In this document: positions 62,064-64,000 of the stretch, in pieces
Layout of the letters: every line of letters begins with the position of its first letter
Numbering within the stretch: the stretch's first letter is position 1
Assembly: GCA_963778655.1 (NCBI GenBank)
Contig: CAVZVA010000003.1
Coordinates: forward strand, 384,001 to 448,000
DNA: 64,000 nt
Direction: 5' to 3'
Source of the DNA: an uncultured delta proteobacterium
GTDB lineage: Bacteria; Myxococcota_A; Polyangia; Polyangiales; JAFGIB01
Program-made: the position numbers and the translations under genes
Notes under the pieces: model-generated
What the model was told of the DNA's origin: nothing
The model's input: the letters and a program-made list of their open reading frames with translations, nothing else
Databases searched by the model: none

Positions 62064-63629
62064 TCAGAGCAGACTTACCATGTGTTGCTTGATGTTCGTA
62101 CGCGTTTCCTCGTCGGGCGCGGCGGCGCTCGCGCGCTCCCAGGCGTCGAGCGCCTTGAGCCGGAACCCGGCGCGCTGATACACGATCGCGAGATTTTTGA
62201 TGGCGGCGAAGTGGCGCCCCTGCATCCGCACCGCCGCCTCCAGGGCGGCCATCGCCGCGAACAGATCGTCGCAACGGCCGTACAGCAGCCCCAGGTGGTA
62301 CTGCAGCTCGAACGCGTCGGGATCGAGCGCGGCGGCGCCCTCGAGCTGCACGATCGCGGTCTCGAGGTCGCCGCGCTCGAAGGCTTGCATCGCCTCGGTC
62401 CAGCGCGTCTCGGGCTCGCCGCTGAGTGGCGGCGGCTCGTCGGGCACGGGCTGCCCTTGCAGCAGCAGGCGCACGGTGCGCGCCAGCCGCGCCAGGTCGA
62501 AGGGCGGCTCGAAGAAGTGCTCGATCGCGAAGCCCTCGCGCAGGTCCTCACCCATCCGCCAGCCGCCGTCGCCCAAGGCAACGATCGGGAGCTCCGCAAA
62601 GCGCTGGCTGGCGCGCAGCCTGCGGCCGACGTCGAGCGCGTGCAGCGAGCGCAGAGATAGGTCGAGCACGAGCAAGGCCGGCGCCTCGTCGCGGATCAGC
62701 TCGAGCGCCGTGCGCCCGTCGCCAGCGCAGAAGGCGCTCACGCCGGCTTCCTCCAAGGCCTGCTCGAGGCGCGCGCGCAACCCCGAGTCGGGCACCGCGA
62801 GCAGCGCGCGCGTTCCGGGATCGAGCGCGGGCGCCTGCGGCGGGGTCGAAGGATGCATGCGATGCGCGAAGGCCTGGTCCATCGCCGGGGCCTCGGACGC
62901 CGCCGGCGGGGGCGGCTCCACGGGCGGCTCGGCCGCGACCACGGGTGGCGCCGCACCGGCGGGCGGCGCCGCACCGGCGGGCGGCGCCGCACCGGCGGGC
63001 GGCGCCGCGACCGCGGGTGGCGCCGCGACCGCGGGCGGCGCCGCGACCACGGCCGGCGCGGGCGCGTGCGGCGCGGGATAGGCAGACAGCGGCTCGGGGG
63101 CGCGCGGCAGGTTCGGCAGCCCGAGGTTGGCGAGCTGGCCCTCGCTGACGTGCGCGCCGACGTAGTACTCGTCGCCACGCTCGAGCGCCTCGTAGGCGTA
63201 CTTCACCACCCGGCGCACCACGCCGTCGAGCGCAACGCAGCGCTGGATCTTCTTGGCCGTGATGAACTCGATCTCGTCGATCAGGTCGTTCTCGTCGGGA
63301 GAGGACATCGCCAGCAGCAGCGTCTCGCCCTCCACGCGCAAGGGAAACACGCAGCGCTCGTGGGCGATCTCGGCCGGGATCAGGCGCAGCATGGCGAGCG
63401 CCACAATCTGCTCGGTGAGGTCGATGCCGGGCACGTCGTGCTGCTCGCTGAGCGCGCGCAGCGCGTCCTTCATGCTGAGGCGTCCGGCGCGCGTGGCCGC
63501 GGACGCGAGCCGCGAGCCCGGCTCGCGCTTCTGGTCCTCGAGCATCTCGTGCAGCTCGTCGATGCTGACCAGCTTCTGCTGCAGCAGGATCTTGCCGAGC
63601 TGCTTCTTCGACTCTGAGCCGCCACCCAT
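62064..63629 (-). CDS. GspE/PilB N-terminal domain + atypical receiver + TPR protein
   Basis: QLGKILL, LIPAEIA…VFPL…LAM; receiver-like LLVLD; C-terminal TPRs. Confidence 0.8.
   Translation of the reverse strand: MGGGSESKKQLGKILLQQKLVSIDELHEMLEDQKREPGSRLASAATRAGRLSMKDALRALSEQHDVPGIDLTEQIVALAMLRLIPAEIAHERCVFPLRVEGETLLLAMSSPDENDLIDEIEFITAKKIQRCVALDGVVRRVVKYAYEALERGDEYYVGAHVSEGQLANLGLPNLPRAPEPLSAYPAPHAPAPAVVAAPPAVAAPPAVAAPPAGAAPPAGAAPPAGAAPPVVAAEPPVEPPPPAASEAPAMDQAFAHRMHPSTPPQAPALDPGTRALLAVPDSGLRARLEQALEEAGVSAFCAGDGRTALELIRDEAPALLVLDLSLRSLHALDVGRRLRASQRFAELPIVALGDGGWRMGEDLREGFAIEHFFEPPFDLARLARTVRLLLQGQPVPDEPPPLSGEPETRWTEAMQAFERGDLETAIVQLEGAAALDPDAFELQYHLGLLYGRCDDLFAAMAALEAAVRMQGRHFAAIKNLAIVYQRAGFRLKALDAWERASAAAPDEETRTNIKQHMVSLL
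62943..63050 (-). repeat. Six 18-bp in-frame tandem repeats encoding AAPPA(V/G) linker
   Basis: GGG(T/C)GGCGCCGC(ACCGGC/GACCGC) units on + strand. Confidence 0.8.
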
Positions 63630-63906
63630 AGCTTCAACGATTTGGAGCCGCCATCCCTCGACTCATGTCTGACGCTCGCAGGTCACGGGCTGGTGTCGAT
63701 TCTGAGTGGCGCGATGGAATCGGTTCACGGGCGTTGCCAACCTCTCGGCGCTCCTCACGACGCCCCGTCCGGCAGCGTGCGGCTCCGTCGGAGCTCTCGC
63801 GGGCGGGAGGGTGTCGGCGCTCCCGTTGAACAGGTCTACCGAGGGTATCGCGGGCGGGCCCTGCGGTTCAACAAGCGGGAGCCGCCGGTTGCGCGCCCAC
63901 TGCGAC

Positions 63907-63999
63907 CTACATGCCCGAGACGATCTTGAGCTGCCCGTCTTCGCGCGCCAGCACGATACGGTGAGGCTCGAGGCGGCGCCGCCACTGCGGGCCGTCGGG
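63907..63999 (-). CDS. 3' end of a CDS running off the window
   Basis: PDGPQWRRRLEPHRIVLAREDGQLKIVSGM* with GC3-rich codons. Confidence 0.55.
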   Translation of the reverse strand, partial: PDGPQWRRRLEPHRIVLAREDGQLKIVSGM

Positions 64000-64000
64000 A

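Noticed and set aside
63630..63906. 6S RNA
   Set aside because: TTGAAC/GTTCAA resemblance only; a full-length rod with a central bubble and the usual synteny could not be shown. Kept only as an unassigned stem.

Overview
High-GC, myxobacterium-like chromosomal window; the taxon is inferred from Cys/Gly-rich lipoproteins, an ECF/anti-sigma/TonB-receptor cluster, and GYF and GspE-N signalling proteins. Housekeeping genes include metG, pntAB, rpmG, hpt, tRNA-Arg(UCG) and tRNA-His. The main accessory feature is an ~11.4 kb integrative element (35571-46956) inserted in the 3' end of tRNA-Arg(UCG). It is bounded by a 23-bp att direct repeat and paired arm-type sites, and carries an intact integrase plus excisionase. 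It has an IncP-like traJ-oriT-traK transfer module whose relaxase traI survives only as a 36-codon stub. It also carries a second, catalytically degenerate tyrosine recombinase-like protein with candidate palindromic sites, and defence cargo: a type II R-M pair, AbiE, HipBA, an HNH nuclease and a broken RelE/ParE. A decayed defence region (AbiE and TPR fragments) lies just outside the element. Elsewhere there is a dispersed, covarying two-hairpin repeat at three loci (tandemly amplified at one), a second REP-like palindrome family, an orphan fliQ/fliR-like pair coupled to hpt, a collagen-tethered diheme cytochrome, and several gene remnants. All calls come from reading the sequence and recalled motifs; no database searches were run.
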